A stretch of DNA of 64,000 bases from Candidatus Bathyarchaeia archaeon (GTDB taxonomy: Archaea; Thermoproteota; Bathyarchaeia; Bathyarchaeales; Bathycorpusculaceae). Under the pieces are notes generated by a model. The model was not told the origin of the DNA and searched no databases. It worked only from the letters and a program-made list of their open reading frames with translations. The position numbers and the translations under genes were made by a program. Shown in pieces: positions 39,528-49,347 of this stretch; position 1 is the first letter of the stretch; each line of letters starts with the position of its first letter. The stretch lies in contig JAVYWL010000002.1 in assembly GCA_038727135.1 (NCBI GenBank), positions 128,001-192,000 of the forward strand, read 5' to 3'.

Positions 39528-40811
39528 TTGAAGGCGCTGAGAGAAAAATTGCTAATCGACGATAGAAATGTGAAGGAGGTTAACGCTTTCCTTTTGCTGG
39601 AGGACAACCCACTCATTAACGGGGTCCTCGAGATAATTGATAAGCATGGCGGAGTTGAGGAAATAAACAGAAAAGCTAAGGAAAATGGCAAACTTGAAAA
39701 TCTCATGAAGCGTCTTGAAGAGAAAAAGTCGCCTTTTATAAAAGACCTTGAGTGGTTAATAAAGCAGCGGGATAAAGGCGCGTTCATAAGCATACCAGAG
39801 TACCGCAGAAAAATCCTCGGTAAAAAAGCGGACTCCATGCGTTTCGACGAGTCCTTTGCCGTGACGCTTGAAATTAGCGCATGCAACTTTTTCCCGTGGC
39901 TTATTGAAGAGGCTAAGAAGGCAATTAAGCAGCAAGACCTTATGCCAGCCCGATATATCCGAGTACGTTCAATGAAAGAGCAGGTTGAAGACGGCGACAT
40001 TCTAGCTTTTGCCGCTGCAATGCAGATTATTGGAGCATCCTATGTGCAGACGCTTGACACGAAGGGAACAATGCCGGGTCCAGATGGAAAACCAATCAAC
40101 GTCCATTTAGGCGGACTGGAGACGATAACTGGGTATTTCGGCGGCATTGGTGTTCCAAACCAGTATGCCCTAAAATGGGTTGAAGAGTATCTGCACTATT
40201 ACACGGAATATGGCGTTAAGCAAGTTTTGAACACGAATTCTGGAACTGTTCTGCTTGGCTATCTACTCCATAAACTTGGAATAGACATCGAATTCAAAAT
40301 TTCAGTTTTCCTTGGAAATGATAATCCCTACTCGATTTTATGGACGCTTATGGCCGCCAAGCTCTTCAGCCGGAAAGATGGAACAACTCCTCTCATCGGG
40401 TTTAACCTATCAAACTCTGTGGACAACCGCACCATCGAGCTTTCAGCCTACATTAGAAAAGCCTTTGGTTTTGAGGACATTGTCCGCATAGAACACCATA
40501 TAACAGAAGCCTACAAGAGCATTGTCCGACAACCCTACGACCGACTAGGCGAACTTTTGGAACTGGCAGACCATGTGAAAAACATAAGCGCCAAACACGA
40601 GGGCGGAATACCAGAAGTGGAGAAAACCCGCGAACATCCATCAGACTTGCTTGACTACTTCATACCAAAGAAGGAAATAATGGAGAAGGGGCTCATGCAA
40701 AAACTCTTAGCCAACTACCTAGACAAGCATGACGCCGTAAACAGAACAGCAAAAGCCCTAACAGAAAAAGGCTTAACATTCGTCGCCGCGCAAAACCTAC
40801 ATAAAAAATAG
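39528..40811 (+). CDS. Uncharacterised enzyme-like protein
   Basis: 427-aa ORF with enzyme-like blocks (TLDTKGT, HLGG..TITGYFGG, RIEHHITE, KHEGG); family not recognised. Confidence 0.75.
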   Translation: MKALREKLLIDDRNVKEVNAFLLLEDNPLINGVLEIIDKHGGVEEINRKAKENGKLENLMKRLEEKKSPFIKDLEWLIKQRDKGAFISIPEYRRKILGKKADSMRFDESFAVTLEISACNFFPWLIEEAKKAIKQQDLMPARYIRVRSMKEQVEDGDILAFAAAMQIIGASYVQTLDTKGTMPGPDGKPINVHLGGLETITGYFGGIGVPNQYALKWVEEYLHYYTEYGVKQVLNTNSGTVLLGYLLHKLGIDIEFKISVFLGNDNPYSILWTLMAAKLFSRKDGTTPLIGFNLSNSVDNRTIELSAYIRKAFGFEDIVRIEHHITEAYKSIVRQPYDRLGELLELADHVKNISAKHEGGIPEVEKTREHPSDLLDYFIPKKEIMEKGLMQKLLANYLDKHDAVNRTAKALTEKGLTFVAAQNLHKK

Positions 40812-40828
40812 GTGATGGAGTGCTCTGT

Positions 40829-41596
40829 TTACCAGTAGTTTTTAGGCTTTCGAAATAGCAGGTAGGCTGTGGTGGCAAAAAAGATAACGGTTGTTACGCC
40901 CAAAACAGCGACTGTTGCTCTTGTATTATCAAGTTCAGTTTTCACTTTGCTGAGGCTTTCATATTGATTTTTAAGCTGCCAATAGGTTTGATTAAGATTC
41001 ATCAATTCGTCTATTGTAAGGTTCTTGCCAAAGCACATTTGAAAGGTCTGATTAAGCTGATTGAGAACGCCGAGAAGACTTGCGAGCCGCTCTTCTATTG
41101 CTTTTACGTAAATGTTTTGCACACGTGTCATGGTGAAACCAAGCTTATCTTGAAAAAAGTATGAATGCTCCAATCCAAGTTCATCTTTAACTGTAGCGTT
41201 ATAGACTAAGTCGATTTCTCCATAAATCACACCGCAGACATTTTCTGGTACATAAATTTGATGTTGACAAACGTACTGTTCAGCTTTATTAAGTTCAAAG
41301 CCGCTAGTTATGTTGCTGTAAATTTTGATTTTTTCTGTTCCATTTATAAAACCGTATATGGCAAAATTCATGGTTTTAACATAAACCCTCGTGACCTCGG
41401 AAGTCAAACTAAGAATAGCCGATATTAGGTCGGTGGGATTAGCCTCTGATGTTGCGTTAACCTGTACTTTCATGCCGGGAATATTAATATCGAGAAATGT
41501 TTCCATATTTATTTGATTTTGCGCTTTAACATTGCCCATGCAGATAAACAGAAGAAGCGAGCATGTTAATAATACTGTTGCTGCCTTTCCGCTCAT
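40829..41596 (-). CDS. Secreted protein with a coiled coil and C-terminal TM anchor
   Basis: Signal peptide, N-glycosylation sequons, TM helix and basic tail; low GC. Confidence 0.75.
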   Translation of the reverse strand: MSGKAATVLLTCSLLLFICMGNVKAQNQINMETFLDINIPGMKVQVNATSEANPTDLISAILSLTSEVTRVYVKTMNFAIYGFINGTEKIKIYSNITSGFELNKAEQYVCQHQIYVPENVCGVIYGEIDLVYNATVKDELGLEHSYFFQDKLGFTMTRVQNIYVKAIEERLASLLGVLNQLNQTFQMCFGKNLTIDELMNLNQTYWQLKNQYESLSKVKTELDNTRATVAVLGVTTVIFFATTAYLLFRKPKNYW

Positions 41597-41716
41597 GTCA
41601 TTCTCACCGAATAATCCGCCTTAAACTCGATAGGTTATTTAACAATTTTAAATTCATCTTTTGTTATTTGCAGCTTTTAAATGGAACTTTTTTAAAAAAT
41701 CATGCTTATTTTCTAG

Positions 41717-41983
41717 CTATTTTATTGAGCGGATGAAGCGTTGGTACATGTATATGAAGTAGATAAGGGCGAAAAATGTTAGGATTATTTCGAAGGTGAG
41801 GATTGCCGGGTTGTTTTCAACGGCCATGAAGTAGCCGTGTTGAAGTATATCCATGAACACTAGAATTTGGAGGAATATGGCTCCTCCTAGGCAGCTTAAG
41901 CCTAGGCTGTGGATGAGTATTAGTATGCGTCGATGGATTTTCGCTGCGGCTTTCATGGCATTATCGCATGTATTAAGATTCAA
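41717..41983 (-). CDS. Small two-TM membrane protein
   Basis: Two hydrophobic segments. Confidence 0.6.
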   Translation of the reverse strand: MNLNTCDNAMKAAAKIHRRILILIHSLGLSCLGGAIFLQILVFMDILQHGYFMAVENNPAILTFEIILTFFALIYFIYMYQRFIRSIK

Positions 41984-42099
41984 CTTGAAAACTTATAGGT
42001 TATGAACCCTAAAACACTACAAAGCCTTATGATTAAACCTTTGAACCAGAAATATAGAAGGACTATACTGTTTGCTATTGAGTGCGCTGTAAATTCGGT

Positions 42100-43455
42100 T
42101 TAGAGTTGGTATTCTTTTCCTATCTCGGCGAGTGAAACTTTGCTTTTTGAGTCTTGCATGAACCTGGCGAAGAGTTCGGCGTTTTCTGTGTGCACCGGGA
42201 AAATTGTTTTTGCTCCGATCTCTTCAAGGATGGCCTTTAACTGTAGTGGCATTATGTGCCCTGAAACATGGACGTGGTATTGGGGTAGTCCATAGTGCCT
42301 AAGCCAGTTTACAAGCTTCTCATAGTCTATTTCCATTTCCTCGTTGAAGGGCTCTGAGGATGAGGATATGTAGCAGCTTCCGGGCTGCGGTTTTATTTCA
42401 ACAAGCTGTTCTAAATCATAAAAGGACATTGTCAAGATTATTTTGCGCTGCTGCTTCGAGACTTGTTCGCAGTCCACCACCTTGTCTTGGTACTGTTCTA
42501 ATAGTTGTTTTTCCCAGCTGCGCATCCTTTCCTTGCCTTCTGCAGATTTTTTCGATTTTCGAAAGATCAAAATGTTTTCGTCTTCTAGGCTGGGAATGTT
42601 TAGCCTCTTGTCGCTGCGGAGGGCGTCCATCAAGTAGGCTTGCCTTAGTGAAACGGTGAGGCAGCGTCTGTTTTTCTTGGCTACTCGATGGAAGGAGTTC
42701 AGCCTATCAACATCTGTGGAGGCAAATTCTGCAAGCACGATGCCGTCTGTCTGCTCCACAATCTGGTTAAGTTTTCTTTCAACTTCGCCTTCTGAAGAAA
42801 CGGTTGCCCCAGTCATGTTAGTGGCTTCGGTAATAATGGCTACTGGCTCCGCCCTTTTCGCCTCTTCAACAAAATCGCGGGTCATCTCGGGCTTTGCCCC
42901 ATGGACACGAAAATCTCCAGTATAAATGACGGCGCCGCTGGACGTGTGAATTATGAAGCCGTACGCCCCGGGAACCGAGTGGTCCACATGTATTGGCTCA
43001 ACTTGCAAGCCACCCACATTGACAGCTTTGCCTGTTCTGAAATCCTTAAAGTCTATGCCCTCCACGTTGAATTCCAGGTCTGTTTTTCGGATTTCTCCGA
43101 AGGTCTGTAGGATAATTCTTGTTGTTTCGCCGCAGTAAACTGGGATTTCCCTTTTAATGAAGGACAGATAGGCCGAATGGTCCATGTGCCCATGAGAGAT
43201 GAAAATTGCGTTAACTTCTGTTGGCTTATCGTCGAACTTGTAGACGCCGTCAATTTTTGGGAGTACGCCAAGCTCTTGCAGGCTTTTTTCGCTTTTCGGC
43301 GAAAGCAATGGTGGAGAGTAATACCGCCTTCTCAGGGCGAAGGACATGCCAAAATCAAAGAAGACTTTCACATCGCCATCTTTCAGCAGAATTTTGTTTC
43401 CACCTATCTCATTTACTCCGCCATAAAAGGTTAGGGTGGTTCTCCCTTTAACCAT
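42100..43455 (-). CDS. MBL-fold beta-CASP ribonuclease (RNase J-like)
   Basis: GGVNEIGGN, SHGHMDH, VDHS, YTGDF, HVSGH and PVH motifs. Confidence 0.9.
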   Translation of the reverse strand: MVKGRTTLTFYGGVNEIGGNKILLKDGDVKVFFDFGMSFALRRRYYSPPLLSPKSEKSLQELGVLPKIDGVYKFDDKPTEVNAIFISHGHMDHSAYLSFIKREIPVYCGETTRIILQTFGEIRKTDLEFNVEGIDFKDFRTGKAVNVGGLQVEPIHVDHSVPGAYGFIIHTSSGAVIYTGDFRVHGAKPEMTRDFVEEAKRAEPVAIITEATNMTGATVSSEGEVERKLNQIVEQTDGIVLAEFASTDVDRLNSFHRVAKKNRRCLTVSLRQAYLMDALRSDKRLNIPSLEDENILIFRKSKKSAEGKERMRSWEKQLLEQYQDKVVDCEQVSKQQRKIILTMSFYDLEQLVEIKPQPGSCYISSSSEPFNEEMEIDYEKLVNWLRHYGLPQYHVHVSGHIMPLQLKAILEEIGAKTIFPVHTENAELFARFMQDSKSKVSLAEIGKEYQL

Positions 43456-45166
43456 CTATTAACCTCAGCTCATCCGCTCTTTTACAAATATTTGATATCG
43501 CAAAAATTATGTGGGGAAACACAAAAACGCTGAAAACTTTCGTGTATTTCGCTTTTCCAGCATCCTTCACCGCTTTTACGTCTCCGCCAGCCTTTAAGTA
43601 GCCCTTAATAAAAGCTTTGGCTATAAGCTCTGCTAAATAAGAGCCCGCAAATAGTGGCATGTAATGTCCGGCATAATAAAGAAATTCGGCTATATCCCAT
43701 GCCTTGTCACCGCCTTTTGAGGCTTGCTCCAAATCTAGGAGGTAAATTTCGCCTTCTTTGCCCACCAAGATGTTTTCCGGTTTAGTGTCTCCCAAAGTCA
43801 CATTTAAAGCGTGGATACGGGCAAACGTCTCGCCAACCTTCCGCAATATTTTCAAACATTCCTCGTTAATCTCCCTTTCATTTTTCGCGTTTACGGCTTC
43901 CCTAATGATTTTTTCTAGACTTTTCCCCTCTATGTATTCCATAAAGACAAGCCTTTTATCATGATCTATAGCTAGGAGCTTTGGAACAGAAAAGCCTTTT
44001 TTATATAGGAATTGATTCGTGGCGCATTCCCTTTCAAGTCTTGTCTGCCCGAGAAGGGCGAAGGTTCTTGTTCCAAAAGCCCATATGTTTATTGGAAGCC
44101 ATTTTAAATTCGACCAGTCTTTAAAGGTTTTAACCGCAACCGTATGCTCTTGTCCGTCTGCTTGCACCTTGACTAGATATACTTCATTAAAAACGCCGCC
44201 AATCTCTTCAATGGTGACGCTCGCATCCTTGTTTACTGATAAAATCCTCTTTGCTGACTCCTCAATGCTTATTCCAGCGGCTAAAGGAGTTAACCCGTTG
44301 ACGGTTGGAACAAACAAGTATCTCTTTGAGTCTTCAATGTGATACGAGCCTTTCAACGTTTCCCAGTTAAAGTTTTTCAGTCTTTGAAGTAGGTCCTTGT
44401 TCTGCATTAAAGCCGTAAAGATTTTGGGGAAAGTCCCTAAAAGGGACATGAATAGAGTTTTCTGTGCAGTTTTTAGGATGTTTGTGAAACGAATTTTTCG
44501 GTTTTTTACAGTGTCGGCAAAATCTTTTGAAATTTTTACGTAGCCATTTGTGCGCATAACTACATTTTCTTTTTCCACAATTTCTAATGCTTGGAGGAAA
44601 CCTTCCATGGCTGTTTGCAAATTTTCCTTTTCATTATTTTCTCGTTGAAAGTCTGCCAGCATGTAACGGATTGGTGGGAAAAGCTTCGCTCTGCTGTGTA
44701 TTGCTTCGTACATAAAATATTCTGGTTTGATGTGGATTTCATAGCATAATTCTGGAAAGTCTATGACGAGGTTTTCCAAAGCCTCGAGTATAAGGCGCTT
44801 TTTTAGTTTAAGCTCTTCAGCCTTCAAATATTCACCATTCAATAGTGGCATGTATGGGAAAACAAGCTGGACGGCTAGGGCGTCGCCGAGGAAACCTCGC
44901 TCCACATCCTTTTCAAAAACCCATTTATCAACCGCATAAACGATTATCGCTTTGTCATGGAAGAATTTAACGTAATTCATTAACTTTGGCTGAAATCCGT
45001 CGATTATGAGCATAGCTTCTAATGTTGCCCTTTCTTCTAGAGTTTCAAGTGAGGCGCTGCCACATAGGCAAATGCTTGTGATTGGACGGGAGTTGGCAAC
45101 ACGTCTACAGAATGTTGTAATATGCTTTTCTATGTTTTCAGCTGGTTGTCTGCCGATTTGAGTCAA
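43448..45166 (-). CDS. Protein with a C-terminal RIO/Bud32/Kdo-like kinase domain
   Basis: VAVK, VFMEYIEG, LGDTKPEN and LDLEQ motifs; N-terminus looks like a degenerate nucleotidyltransferase. Confidence 0.75.
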   Translation of the reverse strand: MTQIGRQPAENIEKHITTFCRRVANSRPITSICLCGSASLETLEERATLEAMLIIDGFQPKLMNYVKFFHDKAIIVYAVDKWVFEKDVERGFLGDALAVQLVFPYMPLLNGEYLKAEELKLKKRLILEALENLVIDFPELCYEIHIKPEYFMYEAIHSRAKLFPPIRYMLADFQRENNEKENLQTAMEGFLQALEIVEKENVVMRTNGYVKISKDFADTVKNRKIRFTNILKTAQKTLFMSLLGTFPKIFTALMQNKDLLQRLKNFNWETLKGSYHIEDSKRYLFVPTVNGLTPLAAGISIEESAKRILSVNKDASVTIEEIGGVFNEVYLVKVQADGQEHTVAVKTFKDWSNLKWLPINIWAFGTRTFALLGQTRLERECATNQFLYKKGFSVPKLLAIDHDKRLVFMEYIEGKSLEKIIREAVNAKNEREINEECLKILRKVGETFARIHALNVTLGDTKPENILVGKEGEIYLLDLEQASKGGDKAWDIAEFLYYAGHYMPLFAGSYLAELIAKAFIKGYLKAGGDVKAVKDAGKAKYTKVFSVFVFPHIIFAISNICKRADELRLIDG

Positions 45167-45343
45167 TTTTTCACCGCTGGCTCGTCAAATAGAATTATAG
45201 CTTGTGTGAAATATAATTTAAGGCCTATTTAAACGTCAATTTTGTTGTCGGTGACCAGCTGCAAAATTGATAGCCCCCTCTAGAATTTTGGCTGGCTAGG
45301 CATATCTGTACTTGAAAAATAGCCACAAATACAATGCCTCTCT

Positions 45344-46732
45344 CTAGTTTTTCTGAGCCTTGCCTAGTCTCTCAAGGATTTTACCATAAGTCCTTAGGAT
45401 TTTTAGAACTTTAACTCCCTTTTCTGGAAGGTTGTAGACGGGTATGTTGCTTTCGCCAATGACCCTATAAACAAGTTCGAAGTCTTCGCCTCCGGCTGCC
45501 ACGTCTACAACCGGCTTGTTAGGGTATTTGGCTGTAACTTCTGGAATGACTTTTGCGTCTTCCGGCTCAAAGAAGCATGACTTAAGCATGTTTATAACCA
45601 AAACTCCGTCGACGTTTTTGTCTGCTAAAACAAGTTCTAATACTTTCTCGTATCTTTCTGCTCTTGCGTCGGCTATCATGTCAATTGGATTAGTGGCGTC
45701 CACCCCCGGATAAAGGCTTTCAATCCTCCTTTTAATGTCATCTGAAAGTCTCGCAAGTTTTAGATTGTTTTTTGCAGCGGCGTCAGCTGCCAATATGGCT
45801 GGTCCGCCAACATTGCTTACTATGGCTATGTTGTCGCCGAACATTGGGGGCTGTTTTGACAGGGCTATGGCTGCATTCATAAGCTCTTCGGGGTCTTCAA
45901 CTCTTACTATTCCGGCTTTTTTGAAGGCGGCGTTGAAAATTTCGTCTGAGCCAGCCATTGAAGCCGTGTGGGACTTGGCTCTGTGGGCTGATTCTTGGGT
46001 TATTCCGCCTTTTAAGGCTAGAATCGGCTTTTTAACAACAATTTTTCTCGCTTCTTCTATGAATTTTCTGCCGTTTTTGATGCCTTCCATGTATAGGCAT
46101 ATAACCCTTGTTTCTTTGTCTTTGGCGAGATATTGTAGCAGGTCAATGTCATCCACATCTATTTTGTCTCCCATGAAGGCGAACTTGCTTATGCCGATCT
46201 TGTAGTGGCAAGCCCAGTCGAGGAGGCATGCGCCAACCCCACCGCTTTGGGAAATTACCGCTATGCTACCTCGTTTGGGCATAACGTCCTTCTCAAAAGT
46301 TGTGTTCAATCCATTAGCCGTGTTTATAACGCCCATAACGGTGTTTGGTCCCAAAATCCTAACGCCATACTCCTCCTTAAGCCCTAACAGCTTCTGTCGC
46401 TGCTCCTCCTTATACCCGCCAGTAATCATAATGAAGGCTTTAACGCCTGTTTCTGCGCATTTTTCCGCTTCAGCTATTGACTTTTCCGGCGGAAGCATAA
46501 TGACGGCGAGCTCTGGAACTTTTGGCAGCGCTTCTATATCTTGCCTCTTTTCTCTGTCGATATCTCTTATGTAGACTTCTCCTTTGAAAAACTTCTTCAT
46601 GTTGTGTATTACGCTTCTGAAAAGTTGAGGGGAACTTAAGCCCACCTTTTCCCGTAATTTACTGGAGCCTATTAGAATGACGCTTGATGGCTCGAAGATG
46701 GCGTCTACTCCGCTCATAAATTTAGCCTTCAA
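45344..46732 (-). CDS. ADP-forming acyl-CoA synthetase alpha subunit
   Basis: ILGPN, SQSGG, SHTASMAG (phospho-His) and NPIDM motifs. Confidence 0.88.
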   Translation of the reverse strand: MKAKFMSGVDAIFEPSSVILIGSSKLREKVGLSSPQLFRSVIHNMKKFFKGEVYIRDIDREKRQDIEALPKVPELAVIMLPPEKSIAEAEKCAETGVKAFIMITGGYKEEQRQKLLGLKEEYGVRILGPNTVMGVINTANGLNTTFEKDVMPKRGSIAVISQSGGVGACLLDWACHYKIGISKFAFMGDKIDVDDIDLLQYLAKDKETRVICLYMEGIKNGRKFIEEARKIVVKKPILALKGGITQESAHRAKSHTASMAGSDEIFNAAFKKAGIVRVEDPEELMNAAIALSKQPPMFGDNIAIVSNVGGPAILAADAAAKNNLKLARLSDDIKRRIESLYPGVDATNPIDMIADARAERYEKVLELVLADKNVDGVLVINMLKSCFFEPEDAKVIPEVTAKYPNKPVVDVAAGGEDFELVYRVIGESNIPVYNLPEKGVKVLKILRTYGKILERLGKAQKN

Positions 46733-46801
46733 AGCAGCTTAATGATGGAAGGAAAGATAGTATGTGGTTCATATTCATAAATTTAACCATGTTAGCTATG
46801 G

Positions 46802-47575
46802 CTACTTTTGAGTTACCTTCATATACGCAAACATAGCGAGCGATGAGAAAATCAGCGAGTAAAGGGCTATGTCAATAATCATGTAGGGCGTAAAAGGTGG
46901 ATTCCTCAAAAGAAACGCCCTTGAGAGGTCTGCGCCGCAGCTTAGAGGGTTATAACGGGCTAACAGCGTCAACTGGGGAAGTGCCCGCTCTATAAGCCCA
47001 ATGGGATAGAAGACGGTGCTGCAGAAGAAAAGCAAGTAATAGACTACGCCTCTGGCTGTGATGTACTTCTCAAAGCTTGTTGTTGAAACGGCTAAAGCTA
47101 TGCTTAAGCCAGAAGTTCCCAAAGAAACCATAAACAAAGCCGCTAAAATTGTAAGAAACTCAAGCAATGTCGGAAAAACTCCTGTATAAAGGTATGTTAT
47201 GCCAAGCGTTGTGGCTAAAAGGGGCGCCATATAAATTACCCCTCTTAAACCTCCAGCTAAAACTCTTCCAACAGCTAGCTCCCACCGTTTTACGGGTAAG
47301 CTCAACATGTAATGAGAGATTTCGCGTCTAACCTCCATGTTTATCTCTCGACCGATCATGAAGGCTGCGGCAAAAAGCGCTGTAATCGTTAAGCCTGGGG
47401 CAAAGAAAACAAAGTAGTCTGTTATTACGTCCGGCTTAACCATTCTCGTGTAAACTATTGCCATTATGAAGAGGTCTGCGAGGTTCATGCTAACCATCCC
47501 GGCGACCCACCACTTGTAACGGAAGAAGTACTTGAAATCCCTCTCCACAATGGTTAGTATGGGTTTTATTGCCAA
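46802..47575 (-). CDS. ABC-2 transporter permease (start likely TTG 47575)
   Basis: FFAPG, STVFYP and YNPLS motifs; operon context. Confidence 0.85.
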   Translation of the reverse strand: MAIKPILTIVERDFKYFFRYKWWVAGMVSMNLADLFIMAIVYTRMVKPDVITDYFVFFAPGLTITALFAAAFMIGREINMEVRREISHYMLSLPVKRWELAVGRVLAGGLRGVIYMAPLLATTLGITYLYTGVFPTLLEFLTILAALFMVSLGTSGLSIALAVSTTSFEKYITARGVVYYLLFFCSTVFYPIGLIERALPQLTLLARYNPLSCGADLSRAFLLRNPPFTPYMIIDIALYSLIFSSLAMFAYMKVTQK

Positions 47576-48351
47576 CCCCCACCCTCCAGTCTGCGTTCGT
47601 GCAGAACGATGCCTAGAAAAGTGAATATGGAGAAGAAGGCAACTATGCCGAAAGCCGCAAACAAGGGCGGGACAGAAGCAGCTGACTCTAGCCCGGCACC
47701 CCACCTGAAAAAGTCAGCGGCGAAAGTCAGCGGATTAACCAGAGCAATCCCTCTGTAGTATGGTGGCATATAAGCTGTTGGATAAAGCGTCGTGCTCAAC
47801 CTAACTATTAAGGCGTCAATGACGCCCATCAAAATGTCAAACCGGTCAGAAGACTTTATGCTAACAGCCAAGGTGATGCTGAAACCCGCAACGCCAAAAG
47901 CAAACAGAAAAAGGGATAGTAAAGCCACAAGAAGTTGGAAGGGGTTCGAAACTCCAATTAGGTATAGGATAAAAAGCATCATAGGTCCAACATATAAGAA
48001 GCTTCTTAAGCCACCTCCAATAGATCTTCCCAAAACAAGTTCTTTCCTTGAAACAGGAACGCTCAGCAAATATTCTATGACGCCGTGGTCTGCCTCTTCG
48101 TAAATGTCATAGCCTATGAAAACTGTTGTTGAATAAAGCATTGTTATAATTATCCCCGCGGCATAATAGTTGAAGTAGCTCCCTCCAACAGCGGCTTGGA
48201 CGTCAACTCGAAACATGTGGTTTACAACCAAACCAAAGAGGGCTATTTGTGAAACAAACCATATGGCGCGCATTATCAGCAGAAACTTGTAACGCAAAAA
48301 CATCTTTATGTCTCTTTCAGCAACAATCCAAACCTTTCGAAGGCTTATCAT
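47566..48351 (-). CDS. ABC-2 transporter permease
   Basis: LLSVPVSR, LYP and VNPLT motifs. Confidence 0.88.
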   Translation of the reverse strand: MISLRKVWIVAERDIKMFLRYKFLLIMRAIWFVSQIALFGLVVNHMFRVDVQAAVGGSYFNYYAAGIIITMLYSTTVFIGYDIYEEADHGVIEYLLSVPVSRKELVLGRSIGGGLRSFLYVGPMMLFILYLIGVSNPFQLLVALLSLFLFAFGVAGFSITLAVSIKSSDRFDILMGVIDALIVRLSTTLYPTAYMPPYYRGIALVNPLTFAADFFRWGAGLESAASVPPLFAAFGIVAFFSIFTFLGIVLHERRLEGGGWQ

Positions 48352-49304
48352 TCCCTCTGAGCCTCTTCAATAGTTAAGCCAGTATAATGCGCGAAAACGT
48401 CGTCCAGCGAGGGCTCACTCATACGTATAGACCTAATCTGAACCTGCGTCTTCATAAAGAACTCGGTGATTTTAGGCAAGACCTCCTCTGCTTGGTTCAA
48501 GTAGATTTTCAAGTGATTCTGTTTTATAGCCAAAACATTGACAACTCTTGGAATCTCCTTTAATCTTTCAAGAACTTTGTCCGACACATCCCTCTCCAGG
48601 GTTATCTCTACAACGTCTCCGCCGGGTATGCTGTCCTTCAACTTTTTAGGCTCATCGCAGACAAGCAGTTTGCCCTTATGCATTATCGCCACCCTGTCCG
48701 AGAGCACGTCAGCCTCATAAAGCTCATTTGTCGCCAAAAGTATCGTGGAACCCTCGTCTCTAAGGTCCCGTAGCATGTTCCATATCCTATGCTTGCCCAC
48801 AACGTCTATTTGGGCGGTCGGTTCATCAACAATGGCAATTTTAGGTCTTTGGATTAAGATTTTGGCTATTTCCACACGTTTCCGCATGCCACCGGAAAAG
48901 GCATGCACGCTCTTGAAACGGTCGTTCCAAAGCTCAAGCTCCTCAAGAGCCCACCGCACCCTCTTCCTACGCTCGTCTGGTGGTAAGCCGCAAACTTTAG
49001 CGTGCCAGTTTAGTATGTCCCAAGGCGAGTCAACCCACAAAAGCTTAGGCTCTTGAAAAGCCATCCCCACGAGAGTTCTGGCCTTATCCGGCTCTTTAGT
49101 AACGTCGTAAGGTCCGATGTACGCTGTCCCCTCAGTTGGCTTAATAACAGTTGTAAGCATGAGCAAAGTTGTCGTCTTCCCAGCCCCATTAGGTCCGAGA
49201 ATCCCAAGGATTTCGCCCTCTTCTACCTCAAGGTTTAGATGGTCAACTGCCGTGAAATTGCCAAACTTTTTTGTGAGATTCACTATGCGGATTATCGGCG
49301 CCAT
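48348..49304 (-). CDS. ABC transporter ATP-binding protein (DrrA-like)
   Basis: GPNGAGKT, FSGGM, VDEPT and EPSLDDVF motifs. Confidence 0.93.
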   Translation of the reverse strand: MAPIIRIVNLTKKFGNFTAVDHLNLEVEEGEILGILGPNGAGKTTTLLMLTTVIKPTEGTAYIGPYDVTKEPDKARTLVGMAFQEPKLLWVDSPWDILNWHAKVCGLPPDERRKRVRWALEELELWNDRFKSVHAFSGGMRKRVEIAKILIQRPKIAIVDEPTAQIDVVGKHRIWNMLRDLRDEGSTILLATNELYEADVLSDRVAIMHKGKLLVCDEPKKLKDSIPGGDVVEITLERDVSDKVLERLKEIPRVVNVLAIKQNHLKIYLNQAEEVLPKITEFFMKTQVQIRSIRMSEPSLDDVFAHYTGLTIEEAQRE

Positions 49305-49347
49305 TTCCTATTCCTTGGTGAAATAAACACAGTTTGTTGGCTGTCAC

